Of a DNA stretch of 64,000 nt, positions 43,055 to 56,305 are shown in pieces. Location of the stretch: assembly GCA_905178155.1 (NCBI GenBank), contig CAJINV010000009.1:1746659-1810658 (forward strand), written 5' to 3'. The position numbers were made by a program, and so were the translations under genes. This DNA comes from Amoebophrya sp. A120. Its lineage: Eukaryota > Protista > Dinoflagellata. Below the pieces are notes generated by a model, which was not told the DNA's origin, did no database searches, and worked only from the letters and a program-made list of their open reading frames with translations. How positions within the stretch are numbered: position 1 is the stretch's first letter; the number at the start of each line of letters is the position of its first letter.

Positions 43055-43939
43055 TTCTCCTCTTTGGCCTTATAATCCAGTCTGAACTTCTTATTTACCC
43101 GGTTCCAGGAAGGACGAGGACTATGAGGCCGTGCTTGGTGATGTTCAGAAGCGGAAGCAGAACCCACTTCGAAAACTTAATAATCTCATCAGGCAACAAC
43201 AGAAAATGAAAACTAACAGGAGGGTTCTTACATATTAAAATGGAAAACGATATTGAGGGTAGGCCACTGGCGCTGAAAAACTTCATTGAGTCCGCAAAGA
43301 AGAATGTGTTCTACCTACACACTGAGAGAAGAAGAAGAACATGTAGCGCAGCTGCTTTTTTATCGTTGGTTTCTTCTACTTCATCAGATGCAGGAGTATT
43401 ACCGAAACTTAAATTTTCAGCAGAACGGCAGCAACCGAGAGTGGCGAAGATGGCACAGATTTTAGTGCGACAATGAATCGACCGAAGCATTTATTTCACA
43501 GAAATCAAAAACTTCGAAAGACCGAGGACGCTTTTATTTCCACCAGTCTCAATTTCTTCATCTTTTCTGCAGCACCAGGTTAGGACTAGGCTGCACGACT
43601 TTGCAGTACAGGAGTGCAAGTAATACAACTGTAGATGACCACTCACACGTCATGTTGTTATGTAGTGTTGCGCCGCGAGTGTGAGAGCACTTCCGAAGCT
43701 GGTGCGAACACGGACAAGCGCCTGTTTTTGAGGCAGCACCAGACCAGTCGGTGAACGCGTATAATAGCGGGTATGTTATAAATGTAAAGCATAAGATTTT
43801 GTCTTTGATAGCCGTATTGACCACGGGGGAGACAGATATAAGCAGTACGATCGCGGTCGAAAACAAGTAGCTTGTAGTAGACCGGTCTTCTGTCTAGGAA
43901 GTCACGGACGAACTTGTTCAAAAATGTGAATGCACCATT

Positions 43940-46900
43940 TCACCTGCTTGCGCCGGCACCAGTCGCCCGAGCTGAGGCAGCGCTATTATATGATCCCAAG
44001 CCGGATCCTCTCGAGAGTGGAAAGCTTTGGAAGCTGAGTCGTGCAACATCCTTTGTAGGAGGTACAACAACGGTGGACGTTGCTGTTGTCGCTTTCGCTG
44101 GTTGATCAAGTTTCGCTGGCAAGGATAACATCGACTGCGGAACAAGCTGCAGCTCCTTAGAGAAAGAACGCTGTTGCCCGATTACAACTTGGTTTGCTTT
44201 TAAACGTTGCAGCGTAGAAGCGATTTCCTGTTTTCGCTGTTCCACAGTCATCTGATTCTCGTCGTGTTTGGTCGTCTTTGCATATGTGCTTGTTGTAGTA
44301 GGTGCTGCTGCAGCTCCTGCTTCACCATCTGCGTGAACCAACACGTTGCTTTCCTGCGAGAGCTTGCTGGCGCTGACAACATTTCTCGGGTATAATATGC
44401 CTCCATCAACGCTCACGCTGTCTCTAGCAGCTCCGCCTTTTAATGGCACCTCCTGGAGCTGCTTCGATGAGGCTCGGTTGGAGACGGGAACTGGCGCTTT
44501 TTTCTTCGGTTTCAAGGGCTTTGGAGTTGGCTGGTTTGTGCGAGTCGAGGGAGCCGCTGGGACGGTTCCACCGATAGTGCTTGGGCTCGCCTTTCTACTC
44601 ACGGCACTCGTGGTATTTATTGTGCCTTCCCGCTGTCGTGTAACAAGTGAGGAACTGCCAGAAGCTGGAGCTGCTGGTGGTTGTGAGCGCCCCCGCCTTG
44701 TTGCGCCAGCAGTGTTGGCGAACAAGTTTGCAGCTGCTATGGGGGCCATTTTGACGGAGGTTCCATTCCTCGTCTCTGCAGATGAAGACAGGGCTGCCGC
44801 TGCGGTCATCTGGGGCTGTTGGCGTTGCACTTCCACGTTTGCCGCCACGGTGCCACGACTAGGTGGATCTGCTTCCGCCGAGTGCGGCAGGGACGTTTTC
44901 GAGGGAGTCAAGGTGATCATCTTCAGCCCGCCTAGGGTTTTCCCCCCGAGGTCCAGCGCAGCTTTGGGCTTCGGAGAGATGAGCGGCGTGGGTGGTTTGT
45001 TCAGCGCCAGTGCGGTAGGGTCTAGCACACCGCTGGGAGGCAGCAGGTTTTTCACGTTGCGGGCTGCAATCGCTTGCTGCTGAAAATGCGAGTGCAGGGA
45101 ACCGTTGTTCGGCAACGTCACCGGGGGGACTGGCATGACGCGTGCGGACATCGGTAGACTGAGCTGCGACTGCGAGCTACCACCTGGCCCACCGCCGGCA
45201 GTTGACGAAACCTTCGACTGCAGTGGCGTTGCTCCTAACAAGAGCTGAAATGACGTCGAGGGGCGCGCAGAGGCGGGTCTTGTCGATACCGCAAAACTCT
45301 GCAGAGGCGAAAAAGTTGGTAACAAATCCCGCTGTCCTCTCTCCTGCAAGGCAGAACTAGTGGCAGGCTCGTCTGGGGGCGCGTCGCGCGGTGGAGCCGG
45401 TTGTTCGTACGGCCCGCTCGGGGAAGAGCGTCCCACAGCACGAGCACTGCGCCTCTTCTCGTTATTTGCAGCCGGCGAGATCGGTGCAGCCGCGGTCGCG
45501 GCTACTTCGCCCGTCATGACTTGTGGACTTGCAGAGCGGCGCAGTGCTGCAGCCGTGGGTCGACTGGAGGTTTGTCCTGGAGAAAATTGGAATGATAACT
45601 GGGCGAGCGCTGTCGTCGCGGACGAGTGCGAGTTGTCGGTTGCTTGTTCATCTATGACTGCAGGGGCGACTTTATGCTAGTGCAAATCTTCCTTCCGGTT
45701 GTAATCCATTTTGTTCAGGGCATGCACAGCAACAGAGACGAGGGCTGCAAGAGAGTGGACTCTGCATCATGATAGATAAACCAACGCCCGATTCATCGGA
45801 GGCTATTCCTGCTTTGAATCGCTTTCAGAATTTATCACGCAAACAGTGGCAAAAGTCAGTTTCAGTACGTGAGGTTGCGACAACTTTGCAATGCCAATGA
45901 CAAATGAGGCGGGGAACAAGCGGAAGGGGGAGCAGCTGCGCACTCTCATACATTTCCTTGACTTGTTCTTGGCCTGTGTGTTTCATCTTGTTCTGTTCAG
46001 ACGGGGGCTCCTTCGTTTTTGTCGATGTAGTCGAAACCTTCATCATACTTGCGGCGCTCGGCATCTTTCCACCTTCTGCCATACTACTGCCCGAACCCGC
46101 AAAACCGGCGCCGATCGTACCAGCCGTAGCTGCTGCAAACGGGTTGTTGTTGAAGACTCTGGGCGTTCTCGAGGCGGAAGCCTCGCGCGCCGTGGCTGCA
46201 TTCGTCAAGATCGCGGTGATCTTGTTACTAAGAACTCCGCCGGCCGCCGCGGAGGAAAGCGACGATTGTTTCTGCCGCTGCTGCAGACTGAAAGTGTTGG
46301 CCTTCGATAACTGATCGGCAGATGCGGCGAGCGCTTCCGCGGTAATGACGGTCTTGGACGGGACTGACGAAGCGGTGTTTTGCAGAGCTTGTTGTGGTCC
46401 ACCGGTGGTCCTCGATGCCGGCTTCTGTAGTTGACTTGTAACTGAAAAAGACGATGAGTTGGGGTCTGCTCCTTCCGGTGCTGACCCGCCTCGTCGTAAT
46501 TTGTGTTGTTCCTGAATCCGATCTCTCTCGGAGAGTTCCCGTTTTTCCAACTCAAGAATTTGCTGCTCGCGCTCCAGATTCTGCTCCCACTTTCGGAGCC
46601 GGTCCTCGTCTTGAGTGAGCTGGTTTCTTCTGCCGCCCACGAGGGACGCCTGCAGATTGGAGTGCGAGTAACCGTGTTCACGTTCAGGATCTTCTTTATC
46701 TCTGCTGCTGGGCAACGCTACGGCTACACTGAGACTGAGTTCCTTCTCTGCCTCGTCGAGTTTCACACTGAGCTCCTGTTGGAGGTTCAGCACCTCCTCC
46801 CACCGCTCTGCCAGCTCCGCTTCTTTCTGCGCCAGCTCTTCCTCCCTTTTCAGCAAAGCGGCGGACTTTCTCTTCATTGCTGCCTTTTCCTTCTCAGATG

Positions 46901-49900
46901 TTGAAGCTCCACCACCTCCTTCGATGGGTGAAGCGCGGCTATCAACATCGTGGGCAGCTTGATGTTCAGCTGTTTTCTTCGTTCTATTCGCCTGGTTCTG
47001 TAGTTCCCTCTCCTCGAAGAGCTGCTTCAGTTTGCCTTTCCACTTTGCCTCCAGCTCCTTGACAGCGTTTTCCCGCTGCTGCAGCCTTTCCAACGTCTCC
47101 CGCCCCTGCTTCGCCAACTCTTCGAGTTCCTGCTTTCTCAGTCGGTTTTCCGCGAGATCCATCATTTGTTCAGTGCCGGTTGCAGGTCCAGAACCCGGAA
47201 CCGGGCCGCTACTTGTTGGAGACTGAACCCACAACCCCCCATCGCTGCGCCCCTCGAAAACCTGGCTGCGTTTCTCGAGTTTTTTCGCGAGTTGCTCCAC
47301 CTCGTCCAGCTTCGCCAGCATCTCTCTGCGCCCGAGAAACACGTCTTTGGGTGAGTAAAACTTTTTTTCTCGCGCGTGGAAGACGACGGCTGTCGGGTCT
47401 TGAACCCGGTCGTCCTGGCCGTGCAGGAGAAACAAAATCTTCTCCTCAACGCCCTGCCAAACTGCAGGCCAGGCGGACAACGGGACGGAGGGATTCTTCA
47501 GCATAACAGCCGGCGCGTTCTGGTTCTCTGTGCCACCAGTCGGGAACATGCTGCTGAGGTCGGCTCGCCCGCCCGTTATGTTGCCGTTTTGCAATGTCTG
47601 CAGCTCGAGTTCCTGCTGCTGTTCCTGTTCCCGCTGCAGTGCGTAAACAGCTTGCATCACCGAAAGGTTCGCTGCGTCGTTCCACACCGCAAGTGCGCGT
47701 GCTGGTTCGAAAACCCTGGCAGACTGCAGCTCGAATAGGTACGGGCCCAGCTGCACCGTGTCGTGGTTCCGGAGGCAGATCTTGCCCAACTGCATGCGGC
47801 CGTTGACGAAAATTTCGAAAGAATTACCAACGTTCTCCAGCGTGATGGAAGAAAAGCCTGTCGCACATCCCTCTTCTGTGTTCACATGGTGCGTCACGCG
47901 CACATGAACCTCACAAGGCGAGCGATTGTTGGCGGAGCCAGAATTGATGTCCGCAGCCAGTGCTGCTCTCGCGTTATTTGGCGCTGCTCCAGTACGAGGA
48001 TTTGCAGCCGATTTCTGTGGTTGGACCGGAGCTGCGCCTGTTATGGCCTCGAACTGTTGCGCCCAGCTTTCCAACCGTTCACGGTATCGCTCATCCAGAA
48101 TCCGTCTCAGTTTCATCCGGATAGGTGCGTACCGGCCCTGGAGAACAGAGCTTGCACTTGTGTCGTCAAAGTACGCCGCAACCTTCGCCATACTTTCGCA
48201 CCCGAAATCCAACACGTCTGGCAAAGTGATGAACTCGGAAGCCGAAGCTTCGCGGAGGTCGTCGGCGTAGTGCGAGTTATTTGCTAACGAGTGCCTGTTC
48301 GTGTTGTTCGAGGGTGCTGCGCCAGCTGCAAGGCCCTGCTTCGGTAGTTTCCGTGTGAGAATCAGGTGCAACTCAGAACCTGGTTGCAGCTCGTACCTAA
48401 CCGCACCCGCCAAGCTGCGATCGAAAAGTGGCAAACTGGCCAAGCACGGCGGCGGGGCTTCGACAGTGCTCGGACAGTCAAGGATAGTTTCCACACTCGT
48501 GTCGTTGTTTTTGGCCAAGCGGACGACGTTTCCTGAAAGTAAAGAAGAACGACTGCCGTGTGTTACGTGACTGTCTTTTCTCTTGCTCTTGCAGAACTGA
48601 TGCCTTTGATTCAGCTGGTAGAGCAAACCCAGAGCTTCCTCCGAAAATTCGTGCATGGACGACTCTTGCAGCGATTGCAAAAGCGCGAGGTGTGAGGAAT
48701 GAGCCGCCGCAGTGGCGGCTGATGTCGGACCCTCGCTGTTTTTACTCGCACTCGCTCTGCTGGTTGTACCGGGTTTGCTCGCAAGCGTCGAGATGGTCGG
48801 TCCTGCGGGCCCTACTCGCGTGTGCGGGCCAGTCTTTTGATTGTAGGCATGATGCAATGCCATTTGCGATCTCTGAACCTCCTCCGCCAATTGCTTGGCG
48901 ATCGCACCGCGCTTGCTCGACAGGTTCGGCGCCACCTTTTGCAGCGTGGCGTCGATATTTTGGTACCGATCGTTCAGGTGGAGAGCCAACTGCGCGAACT
49001 GCATGGTGTCGAACAACTTTGTTCCGGGACCAGTTTCCTCCACTCCAGACGAGGCAGCGGATGACACATTGGCGCCTGCGCCACTTCCTCCTGCTGCAAC
49101 ACGACTTCGACGGCACCCGAGCACCGTGCCCGCTACCGTGAAGCTCGCGAATCTCCGACGGGCATCGCCGAAAAACTGGTCTAGCAAAACAGAGAGCTTC
49201 GACCGGTTCGAATCCCGTATGTGATGATCGGCTGAGGACGCCCCACTGCCCAAGACACGGCGCTGCACCCCCGGTCCCGCTTTCAGCGGCGAAGCGAGGC
49301 TTTCGCGGTGCTGCTCCGATTCGGATTTGGGCGGGGCTGCGGACAGGAGGTCGACGAACTGCTGCTGCACGGAGTGCTGTAACTCGGCCTGCACGGCGTC
49401 GCTAGCGGGGTTCGTGAGCGGGGCGAGCTCCACCACCGCAAGTTGCGCAGCTAGATTCCCGGGGAGGTTCCAATGATCGATCAGGTACACGCGGGCGACC
49501 GGGCGCTTGTAGAATGGTGCAGCCTCTTCCACTTCGTGAGCACCGGAAAGATGACTGATGGTGTTGTACGTGTTTTGGAGGTATTAGTATTGACGAGCAG
49601 ATTGGAGCCATATTTCTTTACGTAGCAATGATGTTGACGTAGCGCAGACGTAGCTCATCATGAACTATCCACAGCACGACCGCCGAAAAATCTTCCGTCG
49701 ACAGGCCTTCACTTTTTCAAAAAGTCGCAGTCGCACGAGAAGCAAGGCATTTAAAAAAGTTACCTCCCATACAGTCCCTGCTTGAAGACTGCGAAGTCGA
49801 GCAGATTTGAGAAGTCGTTGGGGTTTCGGGCTTGAATTTTGCTGACATTCCGCACGTGAATGGGCAGGTCAGGGTGTTCCACAAGTTGGAAGGGCTGGTA

Positions 49901-52267
49901 ATCCTCGGAAAAGTCCTTCACGTTCAGCAGATCGCGAATCACGTCCTCTTCCAGTACCTCAAAAGCCTGCAGGGCCACGTGGGGCGCATGCTTGACTTCG
50001 CTCGGAGCGGAACCTCCTACTTCGGACACGACCCGACTAGAGCCTCCACGGGATGATCCTCGATCCTGCTTGTTTGCAATGCCGGCGTCGCCCCCGTCGG
50101 CAACCGTGTTCGCCAAAGAGCAGCTTCTGGCCACCATTTCCGCGAAGCGCTTCTTGAAGTCGCCGTAAAAGACCACCGCAGTGTTGATGCCTTGGGATAA
50201 AAGTGATCTGATCTGGTCGATGTCCGCCACCCCCTGGAGCAGACGCGCGGTCTGCAGACCCCTTTCGTCCTGCGTGCTCGGTGCCGTTGTACCGGCTGAT
50301 GGAAAGAAAGCAGAGGAGGAGGTCGCGGCAGAGTCACCCACGAGGAGTCGACCCACAGCTGCTGAAGAAGACGCAGTGTTTGTGTGATCAGCCTCATCTG
50401 AAGTGCTCGCTGCTTTAGTACTCCGCGTCGAGGACCCTACGGTGCCTCCTGCGCTAGTGCCGCCCCGTCCGGACCCGGCGACCATGCGCACTTTTACATC
50501 AGCAAAGGGGCCGAAAGTTCGTCTTCTCGCACCGCCCAGCGACACCATCTTGTTGCCTGAGTGCGTTTCCACGCCGAACTTAGAAACCGGTATAGCAGCG
50601 TCGTCGCGGTCAATAAGAACGCGGACGTCGCAGTAGCTCCTCGCTTGTTCGCTTATGGACCGGGAATTCAATGTTTTTAGAAACGGTCGCTCGTCCAATT
50701 CCCAATCGGGCGCCATCATTTCAGTATCTCCGGATGGCCATGCCTGCACGGCTGAGCTGCCGTCTATATCTCTAGTACCGTCATCGAACCCAGCTTCACT
50801 TCTGGCTCCAAGTCCAGACGTACCAGACAGCATGCTCGCCAGTGAGTAGTCCTGGTCGTTTTTTTGAAATTTGGAAAACTTTGGCAGCTCGTGGTTGGAC
50901 GGCTTTCGGCCAATGTGGTGTCTCCGGTCGTCCTCCAAGTTGGCCTGCTTCAGCACGAAGTCGTTGTACTTCTTGATATTTTCCTGGTGCTTTTTCAGAG
51001 GGACGCCAGTAATGGACCTGGTTACCGTTGTGCCGATGTGGTTCAAGTCAGACCGCAAGTTCACGAGTAACGACTGGCCGTTATCGGCGGTGTCGCGAAA
51101 CACGTTCTGCTCTTCCTGTAGCCGCTTCAACTGCGAAAACGATTTTTGCCGGCTGGAGTACTGCTTGCGCTTCGCGAACGTCGACGCGGACATGTCGGAC
51201 TGCTTCGACTTCAGGCTGAAACTGGTCGAGAACGCTGCTACGGAGCTCGAACAACTGCTGTCATTGTCCTGTTCGGTCACTTCTATTTCTCGCTCGGAGG
51301 TAGTCTGCTGATTCGACTGCTGGTCCACAAGCGCACCACCATCTTCGCCTGTTCTCCCACCAGGGGGAATTCTAGTGCTTCGAAGCTTGCTCGTACGGCT
51401 GGCGGTGTATTTGTTGGCGATTTTCACTTCCAGATCTTTCGGCGCAGCGGGGGGACCTTCGATCAACGTCTCCTCGGTTTTTAGCGGACGCCATTCCTTT
51501 ATGCTGGGAATCTTGTCAAGAAGCTTGTGTGGACTCGAAGTTCTGGCCGAGGCGGTGTTTATTTTCTGGGGGCTTCGCAAAGTCGCCTCCGGCGTCAGGA
51601 TGCCCGTCGATCCCCGAGCTTCTGGAGTCGATGCACCGGGCGCTGTGGTGGTCCTGCGCGCAACATTTCCATCTGGTCGCTTACCTTTCCCAAGGCTATT
51701 GCGATTGGTGGTCGCGCCAGTGCTATTGTTCGTGATTGTCGTTGCATAGCTGCTTTTCGAGGACCCCGGAGTTATTCTGCTTCCAGGTACAAACGCACCT
51801 TGGCGTGGCGTGCTCGTGCCGGCGGAGACGGCGCCGCTAGCAGCAGTTGCCGGCTCCTGAGAGGCGGCGGCACCCGTGTTGTGCGTAGAGGTCTTGTTCG
51901 CCGCACGGGCATCGACCGCGGCAGCGATGCCCGGCGTCGTGGTCGAGGTCCCGAGTGTGACAGTCACGCTGTCTTCGTAGGTGTTCTCGATTTCGTGTTC
52001 TTGTGCCACCTGCCCATTGTATTCAGGTTCATCAGGAGCGGCCCCAGGACCGAGAACCTCGCTCTCTTGCTGCTGCTCCAACGTAAGGTCCTCGTAGGCA
52101 GATGGAGATCTTGGCAAAAATGTAAATGATTGATGACTGTCATCGGGAACATGTTGATCGGCGTCCAATTCTTGGTGACGCAGGGCCAATTGCTCTCCAC
52201 GCTCCTTCTCCTCGGCGACGGCCTGCTGCAGAGACGCAATGCGAGCTGCCCACACATCGGACGACAT
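43940..52267 (-). CDS. Large multi-exon divergent kinesin-like protein with FHA-like domain, coiled coil and low-complexity tail
   Basis: Three collinear ORFs. Kinesin-like motifs SLLSQGINTAVVFYG, FEVLEEDVIRDLL, LVEHPDLPIHVRNV. FHA-like IFVNG...LRNHDTVQLG. GT-AG intron 49555-49763 joins the first two ORFs in frame; a second intron near 45680-45960 is unresolved. Confidence 0.6.
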
Positions 52268-54457
52268 GGAACGGATGTCGTTGTCGACCTTGTTGTGCCC
52301 TTTAATTGCCCTTTACCTGCTCTAGCAGAAAAAGAAACTGGAAGTGCCTTGTGACTTTGCTTCTACCTTCCGCCAAACGCAAACACTAGTCCGCGTCGCG
52401 TACAAACAACTGTTGATCTTTGTCGTTGCGCAAGGAATTCGGCCTCAGTATTCATGGATGCGGCTAGGTTCGTCACGAAGGTGCGGCACTTCTTTCATAA
52501 GAAAATTGACACAAGCAGGCACGGCTAAAAACATCATCCGAGAAATGATCGCGCGAGCCATGTGCATCTGGTGGCGCTGCAATGCTTTAGGAAAGTGACA
52601 CAATATCGCTCCGGGCTGCATGTGCTCGCCGATCTCGATCAGACAGGTCCTCGATGACGACGTAACTTGTACGATCTGGGCACTTTTGCACTCACGCTAA
52701 CATCGATCAAAAATACATGATTTCCGTTTATCTCGTGGCTCCCTCGGCAGCGATTTTGGTGTCAAATTGTATCTCACGACGCTCAGACAACTGCAAGTTG
52801 CACGGGTAACTAGGTTTCTGAAGGAAAATTCTGGTGGTTCGACGATGAGATTGAGATTCTCGACGAGGGAGCGCGAAATAGTACTGACTACAGGCGGCAC
52901 CACGCGCCAACGCCATACACGCCACCGGATGAACGAAGATCTTCGCGGCGAGGAATCCCTGGTGTTTTGCTGCGCGAACAAATTTCCTCTTCTTGGCTCT
53001 CTTCCGTGACCGTGGCTTCGTTTCGGCGGGCGTTGAAATATAATTTTCAAAAAGCCCAAACATCAAAAATCTACTTGCTTCTTTATTTTTAAAACAAATA
53101 CTGGCCGCGAAGAGGGCAGCATACGTATTGGTTTCTTCTTTTTCAACCGCCTACCGAGAGCTGCTTTTGGCACGGTGCCAGCTAAAGAAGATAGAGCTTG
53201 AGCTTCTGTTCATCTTCCGTCGATTCCTTGTCTACCTCCAGTTTTTGTTTCAAACAAATCGATGGACTATCGTCGTTTTATGCATCGTCTTTTTTTGAGG
53301 AAGAGGCGCAAAAAATTGTGTGAAAGTGGTGAACTATCTGAGGCATCGCGTTTTCAAGTGCGACAAGGCGAGACATTTAGGAAATCGCTGCCGTTTTTTC
53401 CTTTGGTCTTGCGACGCTACGGTGTGTCTGAGTATTCTAGGGAAAAGAAAGAGCAAAAACACGCTAAAGATCGTTGCCAGGTCGTCGCGTACAGGCGACT
53501 ACTTGTTGGAAAGCATCCTGCTTTTTTTCTTGTTTCTGGGCTCCATGGGATTCAGGCGAAAATCTTACCATACCCTCGCAAGACCTTGTTTGAAAAGAGC
53601 AGCAGAAAAGACCAACAAGATCTTCCAACAGGTCTTGAGAAGGCCTACGCCTAACAAGACAAATATTAGTATAGTCTAGCAACTGAAGTCATCGCATTCG
53701 GGTCGTATTATTCTAATTCTCCACGTCGAACGGGACCCACTTCGAAAAGATTAAAAAATATAGTCCTGCGGCGAAAGGGCAAAACCACGAAAGATGACGA
53801 CGCTACGGGCACCTTATTTCTGGCGTGATCTTTCAAATGGAAGAGACAAATCCTCCCTCTGTGGAAAATGTTCAAAAGTCGAAAAGAAAAACCCCGATCC
53901 ATCCGTTTGAAACCTAAAGCACGGAACTCTTGTACCGATTTTTTGTTGTTCAAAAAAATCTATACTGTGACTGACTTCAGACGATGAAAACACGTGTCTT
54001 CTAGTTTTGCAGTCGTCCCAGATATAGTTTCGTACATAAGTACCTTCTTGGTGCTAAGTTTTAGCTAAAAATAAAAATATAAGCAAGGAAGTGCTGCAGT
54101 TGTTTTGGATGCAGTGTCAGTACCTTAAAAAAGCTGTCGTGCCTATATTCTCTACCGTCTTCCAAAAATCGAAAGCGTTCTTTTATTTATCTCGATCTCA
54201 AAAAATAAAAAACTCGAAAGCCTCTTTGGTGAAGGTGATGCGACGCATCTTGTTCATAACGGAACATACTGGCAGGAGTAGTGCTCGTGTAGCTTCAGAT
54301 ATTAGTAAGTACAGAATCATGGTCGTGGTCCATAGAATGTCGCAGCGAAGGACATTTTCGAACCCCGCGTGGAAGATCTTCATGAGGCGTCTATCATTAT
54401 TGCGAGGAGGAGGACTGCTGTAGTGGTGTTCCGTGACCTTCTCCGACTCCGTCACCA

Positions 54458-56305
54458 TCAGTTACGCCGATGACCTCCGTCGTTGACAAGAGTTTCCACC
54501 CTCTGCAGGAACCGATTGACATTTTCGGATAGATTATTTTGCCCCTGAAGAAGCGTTTCGTGCCCTCCAGAAAGGCTCTGCACGCTTTCGGCCAGGTGTT
54601 CGTGACGTCGCAGCAGGGTATCGTGCAGGCTTTCTTGCCCCTGGGAAACCTGGTCTTGTCGCTCGATTAGGCTCTGCTGTCCCGCAGCAAGCTGCTGCTG
54701 CCCTTCGCGCAGGCGGTCTTGCCCCTGAGAAAGCTGGTCTTGTCGCTCGATCAGGCGCTGCTGTCCCGCAGCAAGCTGCTGCTGCCCTTCGCGCAGGCTT
54801 TCTTGCCCCTGAGAAAACTGGTCTTGTCGCTCGATTAGGCTCTGCTGTCCCGCAGCAAGCTGCTGCTGCCCTTCGCGCAGGCTCTCTTGCCCCTGAGAAA
54901 ACTGGTCTTGTCGCTCGGTTAAGCTTTGCTGTCCCGCAGCAAGCTGCTGCTGCCCTTCGCGCAGGCTTTCTTGCCCCTGAGAAACCTGATCCTGCAGCCG
55001 GTCAACCAGAATGTCGACCCTGGCGCCCTGATCCGTTCCCATTTGTGCGATTTCCCCCCGCACGGTTTCGAGGCCGGCAGCAAGCGATGCTGTGCCTTCG
55101 GCGATACGGGACTCCAAGTCTGCTCCCTGGCCAAGCAAAGTATCCCCTAGTCGTAACTGGTCCTCCCGTAGATCCGAGGTTGCCGTTAGTACGGCCGCAA
55201 TGTCGTTTCGAACCGTGTCAAAGCGTGCGTTCGTATTCCCCGCGTGCTCCGCCATGCTGTTTTCCAACGCGGTGTGCACGTTTTCCACGGTCTGCTGCAG
55301 TTCCGTTTGCACTGTCTCGATGCGTGCCGATAAATTAGTAGCGCCCTGGTCAACGATGCGCCGCAGTCCCTGCAGAGTCGTACGCAAACTAGCCAGCTCG
55401 TTGCTCCACTCGCCACCGCGGGCGTCTATCAGTTCCTCGGTAGCCTGAATCTGGGTCAACAGGGACGCAAACTGGGATGCATTGGATTCCTGTGTGGCCT
55501 GCAGTTGCCTCTGGACCTGCGTGTCCACACTGGATGCCTGCTCAGACTGCAGCTGCAGCAATTGCTCATGCCTGTGTTCCGTGTGCCACGCGGAAACAAC
55601 CAGCCCGACGGCAAGAAGTAGGATACCGAACAGAAGAGCGAGCAGGGCTGCTCCGGTGCTTGTTTTGCAGGATCTCGACCCAGCAGCAGGTGATGTTGTA
55701 GTAGTTTTTCCTTTCGTGCTGGGACGGACGATAAGGAGATCCTCCTGAGAGCGCTCATCATGATCTCCCAGCGCGGTACAGCCTCGCGTTCGTGCTGTTG
55801 TCGGATTCTTTGTGCCACCTCCGAGCTTGGCCTTGGTCTTGATTTTGCTCTTCGTTTTGCCGCTTTGTCTTTCTTCTACATTATCTTGACCTCCTTCCCC
55901 TTCACCAAGAGGAAGATGAGGGAGACCCTCAACTTTTTCCCGTTCCAAGGCGCTAAGATCAATACTATAATCGTGCTGCCGAAGTGCTTCTTCGAGCAAC
56001 GGCACGTCCTCGCCGCCGCAAGTGACCTCCACTCGTACCAGCTCCTCCTCAATCTTGTTTCTCGCTCCCGCTCCTGCAGCTGCAACATGCATTGCGCATA
56101 TCTGCTGTATCTTGCTGTTGTCGACGGTTTCTGCTTGCTGTGGCTCGACGCCGGGCGGAGAGAAAAATGGTGACTTAGAGATTGACGCTCGACACCTGCG
56201 CTTGTCCTTTTCGTTTTCCTCGTCTTCGTCTTCCAGCTCTAGCAACAATGCGACCCGCTCCTCACCGTCCATCCTGATGTTTTTATCACTACAACTTCTT
56301 TTCAT
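54458..56305 (-). CDS. Single-pass membrane protein with a long heptad coiled coil
   Basis: 615-aa ORF. TM segment ALLALLFGILLLAVGLVVSAW followed by a Gln/Leu-rich coiled coil. Confidence 0.8.
   Translation of the reverse strand: MKRSCSDKNIRMDGEERVALLLELEDEDEENEKDKRRCRASISKSPFFSPPGVEPQQAETVDNSKIQQICAMHVAAAGAGARNKIEEELVRVEVTCGGEDVPLLEEALRQHDYSIDLSALEREKVEGLPHLPLGEGEGGQDNVEERQSGKTKSKIKTKAKLGGGTKNPTTARTRGCTALGDHDERSQEDLLIVRPSTKGKTTTTSPAAGSRSCKTSTGAALLALLFGILLLAVGLVVSAWHTEHRHEQLLQLQSEQASSVDTQVQRQLQATQESNASQFASLLTQIQATEELIDARGGEWSNELASLRTTLQGLRRIVDQGATNLSARIETVQTELQQTVENVHTALENSMAEHAGNTNARFDTVRNDIAAVLTATSDLREDQLRLGDTLLGQGADLESRIAEGTASLAAGLETVRGEIAQMGTDQGARVDILVDRLQDQVSQGQESLREGQQQLAAGQQSLTERQDQFSQGQESLREGQQQLAAGQQSLIERQDQFSQGQESLREGQQQLAAGQQRLIERQDQLSQGQDRLREGQQQLAAGQQSLIERQDQVSQGQESLHDTLLRRHEHLAESVQSLSGGHETLLQGQNNLSENVNRFLQRVETLVNDGGHRRN
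54624..54992 (-). repeat. 84-bp coding tandem repeat (28 aa), just over 4 copies
   Basis: Near-identical QDQFSQGQESLREGQQQLAAGQQSLIER units with period 84 (e.g. 54813 vs 54897). Confidence 0.95.

Noticed and set aside
43054-43110. Stop-codon reassignment (reported for one Amoebophrya strain), suggested by in-frame TAA codons upstream of the WW ORF
   Set aside because: Multi-kb ORFs in this window have no internal stops and end at ordinary stops, so the standard code fits.
52600-54450. Short ORFs between the kinesin-like and coiled-coil genes
   Set aside because: AT-rich, with no coding bias or motifs to support a call.
54624-54992. CRISPR-like array
   Set aside because: The units are contiguous in-frame coding repeats with no unique spacers and no cas genes.
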